From: Erythrobacter sp.
Lineage (GTDB): Bacteria; Pseudomonadota; Alphaproteobacteria; Sphingomonadales; Sphingomonadaceae
Direction: 5' to 3'
Assembly: GCF_040217515.1 (NCBI RefSeq)
Contig: NZ_JAVJPT010000005.1
Location: forward strand, 30,576-94,575
Length of the DNA: 64,000 nt
Below the pieces are notes generated by a model that was not told the DNA's origin, searched no databases, and worked only from the letters and a program-made list of their open reading frames with translations. Positions 36,255 through 46,026 of this stretch are shown here, piece by piece. A program made the position numbers and the translations under genes. Each line of letters starts with the position of its first letter. The stretch's first letter is position 1.

Positions 36255-37388
36255 CTATCCGCTCATTTGCCCGATAATCTCCGGCAGGGCCTGCGCATAG
36301 CGTTCGACATCTTCCAGCCTGCCGGTGCTGACCCGCGACCATTGCTTCCACGGGCCGTAGGCACCCCTTATGCGCACGCCGCGCTGCTCCATTGCGGTGC
36401 GCACCGTATCGGCATCGGGGACCTTCACATAGACGAAATTGGTCTGCGAGGGCAGTGCGGTTAGCCCGGCTTTGCTGACCGCATCTAGGATCATTGCGCG
36501 CCCTTCCAGCACCTTGGCGCGCGAATCCGCGAGAAAACCAGTGTCATTATAGCTGGCGATCGCCGCGGCGACACCAGCGACATTTCCGCCGAAGCTCATC
36601 AGGTAGCCGCGGATGAGGTCGGCGTTTTCCTCAGTAGTGACCGCATAGCCGACCCGCATCCCGGCCATGCCGTAGATCTTGGAGAAGGTCCGGCACACGA
36701 TCACGTCGCGTCCGGACCGGGCGAGGTCGATGAGCGTGTTGTCGCCCGGCGCGTCGGTCAGCTCGTTATATGCCTCGTCCACCAGCAGCGTGGCCGTGGG
36801 CGTTACGGTGTCGGCGAAGGCCCGCATTTCGGCCGAAGGTATGAGCATGCCGGTCGGGTTGTTGGGATTGCAGACCTGCACCAGCGCAATGCTGTCATCG
36901 AGCCTTGCGGTCATGGCGGCGAGGTCCACGCCCATGTCGGAGCCCAGCGATACGCGCACCGCCTCGACCCCCTGCCGCTCGCCGTAGCGCACGGTCGTGT
37001 CCCAGAACAGGTCCGGGCACAGCACCTTGCCTTTCGCCCCCCAGGCCAGCGCGATTGCGCACAGGATCTCGGTCGAGCCGCTGCCCAGGACGACCTGGCG
37101 CGGGCTCACCCGATGACGCTCGGCGATCATGTCGGCCAGTCGGCCTAGCCCGCGATCGGCGTAATAGCAGCCCATCCGCGCGCTTTCGGCGACGGCCCTG
37201 AGCGCCGAGGGGGCCGGGCCATAGGGATTTTCGTTGCGGCTTAGCAGCGCTTCGCCCCCGACCGGTCCGAAATCGCTCGCCGCCGTGGGTGCTGCAGCGG
37301 CCAGCGGAGACAGCGCCCCTCCTGCGAGCGGTGCGATTCCGGCCGACAGGCCCGCGCCGACGAGAAACGATCTTCGGTTGCTGTGCAT
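36255..37388 (-). CDS. Class I/II (HisC-like) PLP-dependent aminotransferase with twin-arginine signal peptide
   Basis: N-terminus MHSNRRSFLVGAGLSAGIAPLAGGALSPLAAAAP (Tat motif S-x-R-R-x-F-L). PLP-lysine motif FSKIYGMAGMRVGY. NENPYGP substrate motif. ATG at 37388 with AGGAG 8 nt upstream. Confidence 0.85.
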   Translation of the reverse strand: MHSNRRSFLVGAGLSAGIAPLAGGALSPLAAAAPTAASDFGPVGGEALLSRNENPYGPAPSALRAVAESARMGCYYADRGLGRLADMIAERHRVSPRQVVLGSGSTEILCAIALAWGAKGKVLCPDLFWDTTVRYGERQGVEAVRVSLGSDMGVDLAAMTARLDDSIALVQVCNPNNPTGMLIPSAEMRAFADTVTPTATLLVDEAYNELTDAPGDNTLIDLARSGRDVIVCRTFSKIYGMAGMRVGYAVTTEENADLIRGYLMSFGGNVAGVAAAIASYNDTGFLADSRAKVLEGRAMILDAVSKAGLTALPSQTNFVYVKVPDADTVRTAMEQRGVRIRGAYGPWKQWSRVSTGRLEDVERYAQALPEIIGQMSG

Positions 37389-37412
37389 GTCCACTGCTCC
37401 TTTGTTCGGGCT

Positions 37413-38288
37413 TTAGTATTTCGCGATCATCGTCGTCCCGACGAGGATGAGGTAAATGCCGAAAACCCGCCGCAGCAGGGCGGGCGAAAGCAGGTGCGCG
37501 GTCGCAACACCCAGCGGGGCGAACACGACCGAGGTCAGCACGATTACGAAAGCGGTGGGCAGGTTGACATAGCCGATCGAGCCCCAGGGCAGCCCTTGCT
37601 CGCCCATGCCGATCAGGAGAAATCCTATGCTGGCCGGGACCGCGATGATCGCGCCCATTCCCGCTGCCGTCCCGATCGCGCGGTGGATCGGCGTTCCGCA
37701 CATGGTCATGGTGAGCGTGGCGATGGTCCCCCCGCCGATCCCCAGAAGCGCCGAGATTGCGCCCAGCGATCCGGCAAGGCCCAGCCGTGCAGCGCCGCCC
37801 GGCATGGCCGACAGAACGGGTTCCTCGCCGCGCTTGGGCAGCAGGAAATAGACCGCGAAACCGAGCACGCCGAGGCCGAAGATCACCGCCAGCGTCGCGC
37901 CGGAAATTCGGTCCGCGATCAGTGACCCCGCAACCGTGCCGAGCACAACCCAGGGCGCCCAGCTTTTCAGGATCGCGAAATCGACCGATCCGCGACGCGC
38001 ATGGCTCTGGGTCGAACGGGCCGAGGTAAAGATGATGGTGGCGAGGCTCGTTCCCACCGCGATGTGCGGGACCTGATCGGCGCCGACCCCTAGCAGCGGC
38101 AGGATGAAGACGAGCGCCGGCACGACCACGAAGCCCCCGCCGATGCCGAAAAGCCCGGCGGCGAAACCGGCTCCCGCCCCAACGGCGAGAAGCACCGGGA
38201 TGGCAAATGTCAGGGATGCAGCGTCGCCCACAGGATCTTTTGTAACGTGTATCCCCGCCCTGCCAAGCGAATTGTTGCAGCGCAGCAC
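37413..38288 (-). CDS. TauE/SafE-family anion exporter
   Basis: Repeated FGIGGGFVVVP / LLGIGGGTI motifs and 7-8 TM segments. Start uncertain: a GTG at 38231 is an alternative to the ORF-track start. Confidence 0.8.
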   Translation of the reverse strand: MLRCNNSLGRAGIHVTKDPVGDAASLTFAIPVLLAVGAGAGFAAGLFGIGGGFVVVPALVFILPLLGVGADQVPHIAVGTSLATIIFTSARSTQSHARRGSVDFAILKSWAPWVVLGTVAGSLIADRISGATLAVIFGLGVLGFAVYFLLPKRGEEPVLSAMPGGAARLGLAGSLGAISALLGIGGGTIATLTMTMCGTPIHRAIGTAAGMGAIIAVPASIGFLLIGMGEQGLPWGSIGYVNLPTAFVIVLTSVVFAPLGVATAHLLSPALLRRVFGIYLILVGTTMIAKY

Positions 38289-38359
38289 GGCTTGGTCTTG
38301 CGATCGGTTCCCCTCGGGGCCGCGTCGGAACGCGAGGCGCGAACTAGCATTTGTTAGCC

Positions 38360-38737
38360 ATGAACAAGCTCAAGGGTTCCTCGACAATAGCGAAAGTCAC
38401 CGTCTGGTATGACGGCGCATGCCCGCTCTGTCTGCGCGAGATCGCGCTGATGCGGCGGCTCGACAGGCGCCGTGCGATCCGCTTCGTCGACGTGTCCGAA
38501 CATGGCGAGCCGGACTCGTGCCCGATCGACCGGGCAACGTTGCTCGAACGCTTCCACGCCTCTGAGGACGGCAGGCTCCTCGAAGGTGCGGCCGCCTTTG
38601 CCGCGATGTGGCGCGCTATTCCGCTGCTTCGCCCGCTCGGCCTCGCAGCGCGCTGGTCGCCGGTCCTGCGCATTCTCGAGGTCGGCTATCGCCGGTTTCT
38701 CAAGATCCGCCCGCGGCTCCAGCGCTTCTTTGCGTGA
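38360..38737 (+). CDS. DCC-family thiol-disulfide oxidoreductase (DUF393)
   Basis: VWYDGACPLCLREIALMRRLD is the DCC motif. Confidence 0.8.
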   Translation: MNKLKGSSTIAKVTVWYDGACPLCLREIALMRRLDRRRAIRFVDVSEHGEPDSCPIDRATLLERFHASEDGRLLEGAAAFAAMWRAIPLLRPLGLAARWSPVLRILEVGYRRFLKIRPRLQRFFA

Positions 38738-38814
38738 AGCGCGAATTGGCTCTTGCCCCGCGCCTTGCCTTGCTCTGAAGCGTGCGCGAGAGAGATAGGA
38801 GGAGAGGAGCCGCG

Positions 38815-39981
38815 ATGAGCTATTTCGGCGCGATGCAGAACGAGATCTACAATGCCGGGTTGAAAGGCATCCTGCCCGATTACCCGGTCGATTTCGCCAC
38901 GCTGGAAAAACGCGCGCACGAGGCGATGGGGTCAAGCCTGACCAATTACGTAGCGGGCGGTTGCGGCGACGAACACACGCAGGACCAGAATGCGGCGGCC
39001 TTTCATCATTGGGGCATGGTTCCGCGCATGATGGTCGATTGTTCGACCCGCGACCTTTCTGTCGAGCTGTTCGGGCAGACTTACGACACGCCGCTTTTCA
39101 TGGCCCCGATCGGCCTCAACGGCGAAGCCTCGCAAGATCGCCACGGCGACATGGCCGCCGCGCGCGCCTCTGCCATGACGGGCGTGCCCTTTTGCGCCTC
39201 GACGCTGGCCAACGACCCGCTCGAGGACGTGAAGCAGGCCTGTGGCGAAACGCCCGCATGGTTCCAGCTTTATACGCCGCGCAACCGCGAGCTCGCCGAA
39301 AGCCTTATCCACCGGGCCGAGGAGGCGGGCTATTGCGCGCTCGTCGTCACTCTCGATACCTGGGTGACAGGCTGGCGACCGCGCGATCTCAATGCGTCGA
39401 ATTTTCCCCAGCTGCGCGGCAAGGTGCTGCAGAACTACTTTACCGATCCGGTTTTCCGTTCGCTTTTGGCCAAGCCGCCCGAGGAGGATCCGGCAGCAGC
39501 GATCTTCACCTGGGCTGCGACTTTCGGTCAGGTGCTGACCTGGGACGACATGGAATGGTTCAAGTCGGTCACGGACCTGCCTATCATCCTCAAGGGCATC
39601 AACCATCCCGAAGATGCACGGCGTGCGGTCGATACCGGAGCGGATGCAGTCTATTGCTCCAACCATGGCGGGCGGCAGGCCAATGGCGGGATCGCGACGA
39701 TCGACCTGCTCGCCGACGTGGTGGAGGCGGCGGGCGATATCCCGGTCCTGTTCGATTCGGGCGTGCGATCCGGAACCGACGCGGTCAAGGCGCTGGCGCT
39801 GGGGGCGAAGGCGGTCGGGGTCGGGCGTCCCTACACCTATGGCCTTGCGCTCGGCGGGGCGGACGGCGCGGCCTGGGTGCTGCGCACGATCCTGGCAGAG
39901 GCGGACCTGCTGATGGCGGTCAACGGCTATCCCACGCTTGCCGACGTGCGCGACGCGGGCGCGATACGGACCGATCGCTGA
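38815..39981 (+). CDS. Lactate 2-monooxygenase-like FMN-dependent alpha-hydroxy-acid oxidase
   Basis: Colinear with mycobacterial lactate 2-monooxygenase as I recall it (NEIY..GL, YVAGG.GDEHTQ, AYFQLY, LVITLDTW..GWRPRDL, CSNHGGRQANGG, VLFDSG.R.G.D..KALA.GA.AVG.GRPY). AGGAGG Shine-Dalgarno before the ATG at 38815. Confidence 0.85.
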   Translation: MSYFGAMQNEIYNAGLKGILPDYPVDFATLEKRAHEAMGSSLTNYVAGGCGDEHTQDQNAAAFHHWGMVPRMMVDCSTRDLSVELFGQTYDTPLFMAPIGLNGEASQDRHGDMAAARASAMTGVPFCASTLANDPLEDVKQACGETPAWFQLYTPRNRELAESLIHRAEEAGYCALVVTLDTWVTGWRPRDLNASNFPQLRGKVLQNYFTDPVFRSLLAKPPEEDPAAAIFTWAATFGQVLTWDDMEWFKSVTDLPIILKGINHPEDARRAVDTGADAVYCSNHGGRQANGGIATIDLLADVVEAAGDIPVLFDSGVRSGTDAVKALALGAKAVGVGRPYTYGLALGGADGAAWVLRTILAEADLLMAVNGYPTLADVRDAGAIRTDR

Positions 39982-40368
39982 GTTTTTTGCTGCACCTGCT
40001 CATAGGGGTGGCAGGGCAAAAATATCGCACGGCCCAGAAATTACGAAACTAAGGGGAACTGCGGGCTTGACGCAAGGCGAAAAAGTTTCGCCAGCGGGTC
40101 AATTCCGACTCAAATTTCCACAGATTCGGTGTTAGTGTGCATTTGCTAACAATTTGCGAATCGGGGACGCAAAGATGGAAAGACCGACGATCTGGTCCAG
40201 CGGTCCGGATGCCATGGGCCGCACTGTCTGCACGCATGACGAACTGGGCCGCCGGGCCCATTATGGCCGAATTCAGCCGATGGAAGATTCGGGTCCGCTG
40301 CGCTCAATCCTGTCGCGGTTCATTTCCCTTTCCTGATCTGGTCGACTGGGATGTAAGGCTGCGACATC

Positions 40369-41820
40369 TTACTCGCCTGATTTCGCGACGGTGACCAGCT
40401 TGGTTTCGGTATAACCGAGATAGCCTTCAACGCCGCTTTCCGAGCCGAACCCGCTGTCGCCCGTCCCTCCGAACGGGGTTTCGGGCGACCCTACAGCGAA
40501 ATGATTGATCGCGACCATTCCGGCCCGCAGTTCTCGCCCCAGGTAATGGCTCTCATCGAGCGAGGCGGTGAAGGCATAGGCTGCCAGACCGTAGCGCAGC
40601 GAGTTGGCGATGCGCACCGCATCCTCGATGTCGTGATAGGGCATGATCCCTGCGACGGGGCCGAAGGGCTCTTCCACCATCAAGCGGCTGTCCAATGATG
40701 GCGCAGCGATCACGGTCGGCTCGAAAAAATGCCCCGGCCCCTCGATCGGCTTGCCCCCGGTGACGATTTCGCCCTTCTTTCCGCCGAGCGAAGCCATCAA
40801 TTCCTGCATCGCCGCGACCCGACCGCCATGGGCGAGGGGGCCCATATCAATAGTGTCGTCGTTGCTGGCATCGCCGACCTTGAGCTTGCTCGAGCGCTCG
40901 GCGAATTCGGCGACGAACCTATCGTAGACCCCGCGTGCGACGAGGAAGCGCGTGGGCGAGACGCAGACCTGCCCGGCATTGCGGAACTTGGTTGCCGCGC
41001 AAACCGCGACAGTGCGCTCGAAATCGGCGCTTTCGCCGATCACGACCGGCGCGTGGCCGCCCAGTTCGGGGGTGAAGCGTTTCATCCCCTGCGCCGCGAG
41101 CGCGCCGAGCCGCTTGCCCACCGCAGTGGAACCGGTGAAGCTCACCTTGCGGGTGACCGGCGATGCTATGAGATGCTCGGAAATCATCGCAGGGTCGCCA
41201 TAGACGAGGTTCAGCACGCCTTCGGGCAGGCCTGCATCGACAAAGCATTCGACCAGCATCTGCGCGCTTGCGGGCGTGGTCTCGGCGGGCTTGAGGATCG
41301 CGCTGCATCCGGCCGCCAGCGCCCCGCCGATCTTCTTGGCCGGCAGGTTGATCGGAAAATTCCACGGGGTGAGCAGCACGGCTGGGCCCACCGGCTCTTG
41401 CGTTACGCGTTGTTCGAGAATGGCATGGCTGCGCGCCGGCACGATCCGCCCGCCCTGCCGCTTGGCTTCCTCGGCGAGAAAGTCGATAAGGTCCGCTGCC
41501 CCGGTGGTTTCGGCCATCGCCTGCCCGTGCGGCTTGCCCATTTCGAGTGTCACTACGCGCGCGATGCTTTCGGCCCGTTCGCGCAGCAGGTCGGCGGCGC
41601 GGCGAATGACACGGAAGCGCTCGATCGCGGGGGTCCGGCGCCACACTGGAAAACCATTCTCGGAGGCCTCGAGAGCGGCGTCGAGCTGCTCTGTCGAGGC
41701 TTTGGGCGCATGGCCGATCGCCTTTTCGGTGGCGGGATTGACCACAGGTATTGCGCCTTCGCCGCCGTCGGCGATCCACTCGCCGCCGATCAGCATGCGG
41801 ACTTGGGGATAGGTGGTCAT
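40369..41820 (-). CDS. NAD(P)-dependent aldehyde dehydrogenase (succinate-semialdehyde dehydrogenase-like)
   Basis: 483 aa. Motifs LTPWNFP, FTGSTAVGK, ELGGHAP, NAGQVCVSPTR (catalytic Cys). AAGGAG Shine-Dalgarno before the ATG at 41820. Confidence 0.88.
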   Translation of the reverse strand: MTTYPQVRMLIGGEWIADGGEGAIPVVNPATEKAIGHAPKASTEQLDAALEASENGFPVWRRTPAIERFRVIRRAADLLRERAESIARVVTLEMGKPHGQAMAETTGAADLIDFLAEEAKRQGGRIVPARSHAILEQRVTQEPVGPAVLLTPWNFPINLPAKKIGGALAAGCSAILKPAETTPASAQMLVECFVDAGLPEGVLNLVYGDPAMISEHLIASPVTRKVSFTGSTAVGKRLGALAAQGMKRFTPELGGHAPVVIGESADFERTVAVCAATKFRNAGQVCVSPTRFLVARGVYDRFVAEFAERSSKLKVGDASNDDTIDMGPLAHGGRVAAMQELMASLGGKKGEIVTGGKPIEGPGHFFEPTVIAAPSLDSRLMVEEPFGPVAGIMPYHDIEDAVRIANSLRYGLAAYAFTASLDESHYLGRELRAGMVAINHFAVGSPETPFGGTGDSGFGSESGVEGYLGYTETKLVTVAKSGE

Positions 41821-41957
41821 GCGGGTCTCCTTCGCGCGTTTCGTCTCATCCCGGCCCCTTTCAAACCCGGCGGCGCTTTGCAACCAAACTCGTTACGATT
41901 GTAACTTTGTTGCGCCTCTTCTAGCGGGAGCGGACAACTCATCCCCAGGAGCGAATC

Positions 41958-43040
41958 ATGCTTGTCGGCGTGCCAAAGGAAATCAAGAATCACGAATACC
42001 GTGTTGGGCTGACCCCGGAGGCGGCGCGCGAATACATGGCCGCAGGCCATTCGGTTGTGGTCGAAGCGGGCGCGGGAACGGGCATCAGCCAGGACGACGA
42101 GGCCTACCGTGCCGCGGGCGCCGAAATCGTCGAAACGGCGGAGGAGGTCTTTGCCCGCGCCGACATGATCGTGAAGGTCAAGGAACCGCAGCCGAACGAA
42201 TGGGTGCAGCTGCGCGAAGGGCAGATCCTCTACACCTACCTCCACCTCGCCCCCGATCCCGAGCAGGCGAAGGGGCTGATGGAAGCGGGCGTGTCGGCCA
42301 TCGCCTATGAGACCGTCACCGGGCCGGGCGGCGGCCTGCCGCTGCTCGCCCCGATGAGCGAGGTCGCAGGCCGTCTCTCGATTGAGGCAGGGGCCCATGC
42401 GCTGCGGGCGAACAATGGCGGGCGCGGCACGCTGTTGGGCGGTGTTCCCGGCGTGCTTCCGGCCAAGGTCGTCGTGCTCGGCGGCGGCGTCGTCGGTACG
42501 CAGGCGGCGCGTATGGCGGTGGGTCTCGGCGCGAATGTCGAGATATTCGATCGATCGATCCCGCGCCTGCGCCAGCTCGACGAGATGTTTCAGGGCCGTG
42601 TCTCTACTCGTTTTTCGACCACCGGCACAATCGAGCAGGCCATATGCGATGCCGACATGGTCGTGGGTGCCGTTCTCATCCCAGGTGCAAGCGCGCCGCA
42701 TCTCGTCACCCGCGACATGCTCGGCCTGATGAAGAACCGCTCGGTTCTTGTCGATGTGGCGATCGACCAGGGCGGCTGTTTCGAAACCAGCCACGCTACC
42801 ACGCACGAGAACCCGACTTACGAGGTCGACGGGATCATCCATTACTGTGTCGCCAACATGCCGGGCGCTGTGCCGCTCACCTCGAGCTATGCGCTTGGTA
42901 ACGCGACGCTGCCTTTCGGGCTTGCCCTTGCAGGCAAGGGCATTGCGGCGTGCGAGGAGGACCCGCACCTTGCGCCCGGCCTCAATGTGCATCAGGGCCG
43001 GATCGTGAACCGGGCCGTGGCGGAGAGCCTCGGCTTCTGA
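41958..43040 (+). CDS. ald: Alanine dehydrogenase
   Basis: [20 protein letters not shown]..., [17 protein letters not shown] Rossmann motif, [12 protein letters not shown]. Confidence 0.93.
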   Translation: MLVGVPKEIKNHEYRVGLTPEAAREYMAAGHSVVVEAGAGTGISQDDEAYRAAGAEIVETAEEVFARADMIVKVKEPQPNEWVQLREGQILYTYLHLAPDPEQAKGLMEAGVSAIAYETVTGPGGGLPLLAPMSEVAGRLSIEAGAHALRANNGGRGTLLGGVPGVLPAKVVVLGGGVVGTQAARMAVGLGANVEIFDRSIPRLRQLDEMFQGRVSTRFSTTGTIEQAICDADMVVGAVLIPGASAPHLVTRDMLGLMKNRSVLVDVAIDQGGCFETSHATTHENPTYEVDGIIHYCVANMPGAVPLTSSYALGNATLPFGLALAGKGIAACEEDPHLAPGLNVHQGRIVNRAVAESLGF

Positions 43041-43062
43041 ACTCAGAACGGAGACACGCCCC

Positions 43063-44169
43063 ATGAAGACCAGAGCCGCCGTCGCCTTCGAACCGAAAAA
43101 GCCGCTCGAGATCGTCGAGCTCGACCTAGAGGGGCCGAAAGCGGGCGAGGTGCTGGTCGAGATCATGGCGACCGGCATCTGCCACACCGATGCCTACACG
43201 CTCGACGGGCTCGACAGCGAGGGCATCTTCCCCAGCATTCTCGGTCATGAGGGCGCAGGCATCGTGCGCGAAGTCGGCGCGGGGGTGACCAGCGTCGTCC
43301 CGGGCGATCACGTGATCCCGCTCTACACGCCCGAATGCCGCCAGTGCAAAATGTGCCTGTCGGGCAAGACCAACCTGTGCAGCGCGATCCGCACGACGCA
43401 GGGCAAGGGGTTGATGCCGGACGGAACATCGCGCTTCAGCTACCGGGGCGAGACGATCTACCACTACATGGGCTGTTCGACCTTCTCGAACTTCACCGTC
43501 CTGCCCGATATCGCGGTCGCGAAGATCCGCGAGGACGCGCCTTTCGAAACCAGCTGCTATGTCGGCTGCGGGGTCACGACGGGCGTGGGCGCGGTGGTCA
43601 ACACGGCCAAGGTCGAGCCGGGTGACAATGTCGTCGTCTTCGGGCTCGGCGGGATCGGCCTCAACGTCATGCAGGGGGCGAAGATGGCGGGCGCGGACCG
43701 GATCGTCGGCGTCGACATAAACCCGGCCAAGCGCGAATGGGGCGAGAAGTTCGGCATGACGGACTTCGTCGATGCACGCGAGACGAAGGACGTGGTCACC
43801 CATATCGTCGAAATGCTCGACGGGGGCGCGGACTACTCCTTCGACTGCACCGGCAATGTCGAGGTGATGCGGCAGGCCTTGGAATGCTGCCATAAGGGCT
43901 GGGGCACCTCGATCATCATAGGCGTCGCCGAAGCGGGCAAGGAAATCGCGACCCGGCCCTTCCAGCTCGTCACCGGGCGCAACTGGCGCGGCACGGCTTT
44001 CGGCGGGGCGAAGGGCCGCACCGACGTGCCCAAGATCGTCGACTGGTACATGAACGGGAAGATCGCCATCGACCCGATGATCACCCACACCTTGAGCCTC
44101 GATGAGATCAACAAGGGCTTCGACCTGATGCATTCGGGCGAGAGCATCCGCAGCGTGGTGGTCTATTGA
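43063..44169 (+). CDS. frmA: S-(hydroxymethyl)glutathione dehydrogenase / class III alcohol dehydrogenase
   Basis: [31 protein letters not shown]. 368 aa. Confidence 0.93.
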   Translation: MKTRAAVAFEPKKPLEIVELDLEGPKAGEVLVEIMATGICHTDAYTLDGLDSEGIFPSILGHEGAGIVREVGAGVTSVVPGDHVIPLYTPECRQCKMCLSGKTNLCSAIRTTQGKGLMPDGTSRFSYRGETIYHYMGCSTFSNFTVLPDIAVAKIREDAPFETSCYVGCGVTTGVGAVVNTAKVEPGDNVVVFGLGGIGLNVMQGAKMAGADRIVGVDINPAKREWGEKFGMTDFVDARETKDVVTHIVEMLDGGADYSFDCTGNVEVMRQALECCHKGWGTSIIIGVAEAGKEIATRPFQLVTGRNWRGTAFGGAKGRTDVPKIVDWYMNGKIAIDPMITHTLSLDEINKGFDLMHSGESIRSVVVY

Positions 44170-45005
44170 TGGAGACGGTTTCCGAAAGCCGCAGCCATGG
44201 CGGCACGCAGGGTGTCTACACCCACGCCTCGCGCGAGACGGGCTGCGAGATGACCTTCGCCGTGTTCGTCCCGCCCCATGCGCCGGGCGAGACACTGCCG
44301 GTGCTATGGTATCTCTCGGGTCTTACCTGCACCCATGCGAATGTCATGGAAAAGGGTGAATACCGCGCCGCTTGCGCCGAGCACGGCGTGATCCTCGTCG
44401 CGCCCGACACCTCCCCGCGCGGCGAGCACGTGCCCGATGCGGCGGACGAATACGACTTCGGCAAGGGCGCAGGATTCTATCTCGATGCGACGCGCGAGCC
44501 GTGGGCGAAGCATTACCGGATGCGCTCCTATCTCGAGCGCGAACTGCCGGAACTCATCGCCGCGAATTTCCCTGCCGATATGGAGCGGCAGTCCATCACC
44601 GGCCATTCGATGGGCGGCCATGGCGCGCTCACCATGGCGCTGCGCGATCCCGCACGGTTCCGTTCGGTCAGCGCCTTCAGCCCGATCGTCGCGCCGTCAC
44701 TTGTGCCGTGGGGCGAGAAGGCGTTCTCGCGCTATCTCGGCGAGGACCGGGCGGCGTGGCGCGAATACGATGCGGTCGCGCTGATCGAGGACGGTGCGCG
44801 CCATGACCACCTCCTCGTCGATCAGGGAACCGCCGACAATTTCCTCGAGGAGCAACTCCAGACGCACCGCCTTTCCGAGGCCTGCGAAGCCGCCGGGATG
44901 CGCGCGACGATCCGGATGCAGGAGGGTTACGACCACTCCTACTTTTTTGTCTCGACCTTCATGGCCGAGCACGTCGCCTTCCACGCCGAGCGGCTCAAGG
45001 CCTAG
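44169..45005 (+). CDS. frmB: S-formylglutathione hydrolase
   Basis: GLTCTHAN and the GHSMGGHGAL nucleophile elbow. The ATG at 44169 overlaps the frmA TGA. Confidence 0.92.
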   Translation: METVSESRSHGGTQGVYTHASRETGCEMTFAVFVPPHAPGETLPVLWYLSGLTCTHANVMEKGEYRAACAEHGVILVAPDTSPRGEHVPDAADEYDFGKGAGFYLDATREPWAKHYRMRSYLERELPELIAANFPADMERQSITGHSMGGHGALTMALRDPARFRSVSAFSPIVAPSLVPWGEKAFSRYLGEDRAAWREYDAVALIEDGARHDHLLVDQGTADNFLEEQLQTHRLSEACEAAGMRATIRMQEGYDHSYFFVSTFMAEHVAFHAERLKA

Positions 45006-45015
45006 GCCTGCCCGC

Positions 45016-46026
45016 TCAGGCCTGCACGACTTCCTGCTCGATCGCGCCGAAGATCGAGTGATTGTCCGCATCGCGCATCTCCACCCGCACCGTGTCGCCC
45101 GGCGCCATGAAGCGGGTCGACGGCTCGCCGTCGCGGATCGTCTCGATCATGCGGATTTCCGCGATGCACGAATAGCCTAGGCCGCCGTCGGCGACCGGCT
45201 TTCCGGGGCCGCCGTCGGGATCGCGGTTCGAGATCGTGCCAGACCCGATGATCGAGCCCGCGCACAGCGAGCGCGTCTTCGCCGCGTGCGCTACCAGCTG
45301 CGCCATGTTGAAAGTCGCATCGACCCCGACCTCGGCCCGGCCGAAAGGCTCGCCGTTGTAATCGACCATCAGCGGCAGGTGGACGAGGCTGTCCTTCCAG
45401 GCTTCGCCCAGCTCGTCGGGCGTGACCGCAACGGGAGAGAAGGCGCTCGCCGGCTTGGACTGGAAGAAACCGAACCCCTTGGCGAGTTCGCCGGGGATGA
45501 GGCCTCGCAGGGACACGTCGTTGACCAGCATGACCAGCTTGATGTGGCCCGCCGCTTCCTCGTGGGAAACGCCCATAGGCACATCGTCTACGATCACGGC
45601 GACCTCGCCTTCCATGTCGCAGCCCCAGGCCACATCGCCCAAGGGAATGTCGCCGCGCGGGGGAAGGAAACCGTCCGAACCACCTTGGTACATCAGCGGG
45701 TCGTGATAGAAGCTTTCCGGCACTTCCGCCCCGCGCGCTTTGCGCACCAGTTCGACATGGTTGATATAGGCGCTGCCATCGGCCCATTGATAGGCGCGCG
45801 GCAGGGGCGAATGGGCGTCGCGTTCGTGGAAGCGTTCGCACGGCACCGCCTCGTGCTCGACATCGCGGGCGAGCACTTCCAGTTTCGGCGCGATCTCGGG
45901 CCAGTTGTCGAGCGCATATTGCAGCGTGGGGGCGATGTTGTCGGCGGCGCAGCAGCGGGTGAGGTCCTTCGAGACCACGACCAGCCTGCCGTCGCGTGTG
46001 CCGTCCTTGAGGGTTGCGACTTTCAT
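45016..46026 (-). CDS. Fumarylacetoacetate hydrolase-family protein (336 aa)
   Basis: FAH-fold C-terminal domain pattern (GEVAVII..., GTISN). ATGA overlap with maiA upstream. Confidence 0.8.
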   Translation of the reverse strand: MKVATLKDGTRDGRLVVVSKDLTRCCAADNIAPTLQYALDNWPEIAPKLEVLARDVEHEAVPCERFHERDAHSPLPRAYQWADGSAYINHVELVRKARGAEVPESFYHDPLMYQGGSDGFLPPRGDIPLGDVAWGCDMEGEVAVIVDDVPMGVSHEEAAGHIKLVMLVNDVSLRGLIPGELAKGFGFFQSKPASAFSPVAVTPDELGEAWKDSLVHLPLMVDYNGEPFGRAEVGVDATFNMAQLVAHAAKTRSLCAGSIIGSGTISNRDPDGGPGKPVADGGLGYSCIAEIRMIETIRDGEPSTRFMAPGDTVRVEMRDADNHSIFGAIEQEVVQA

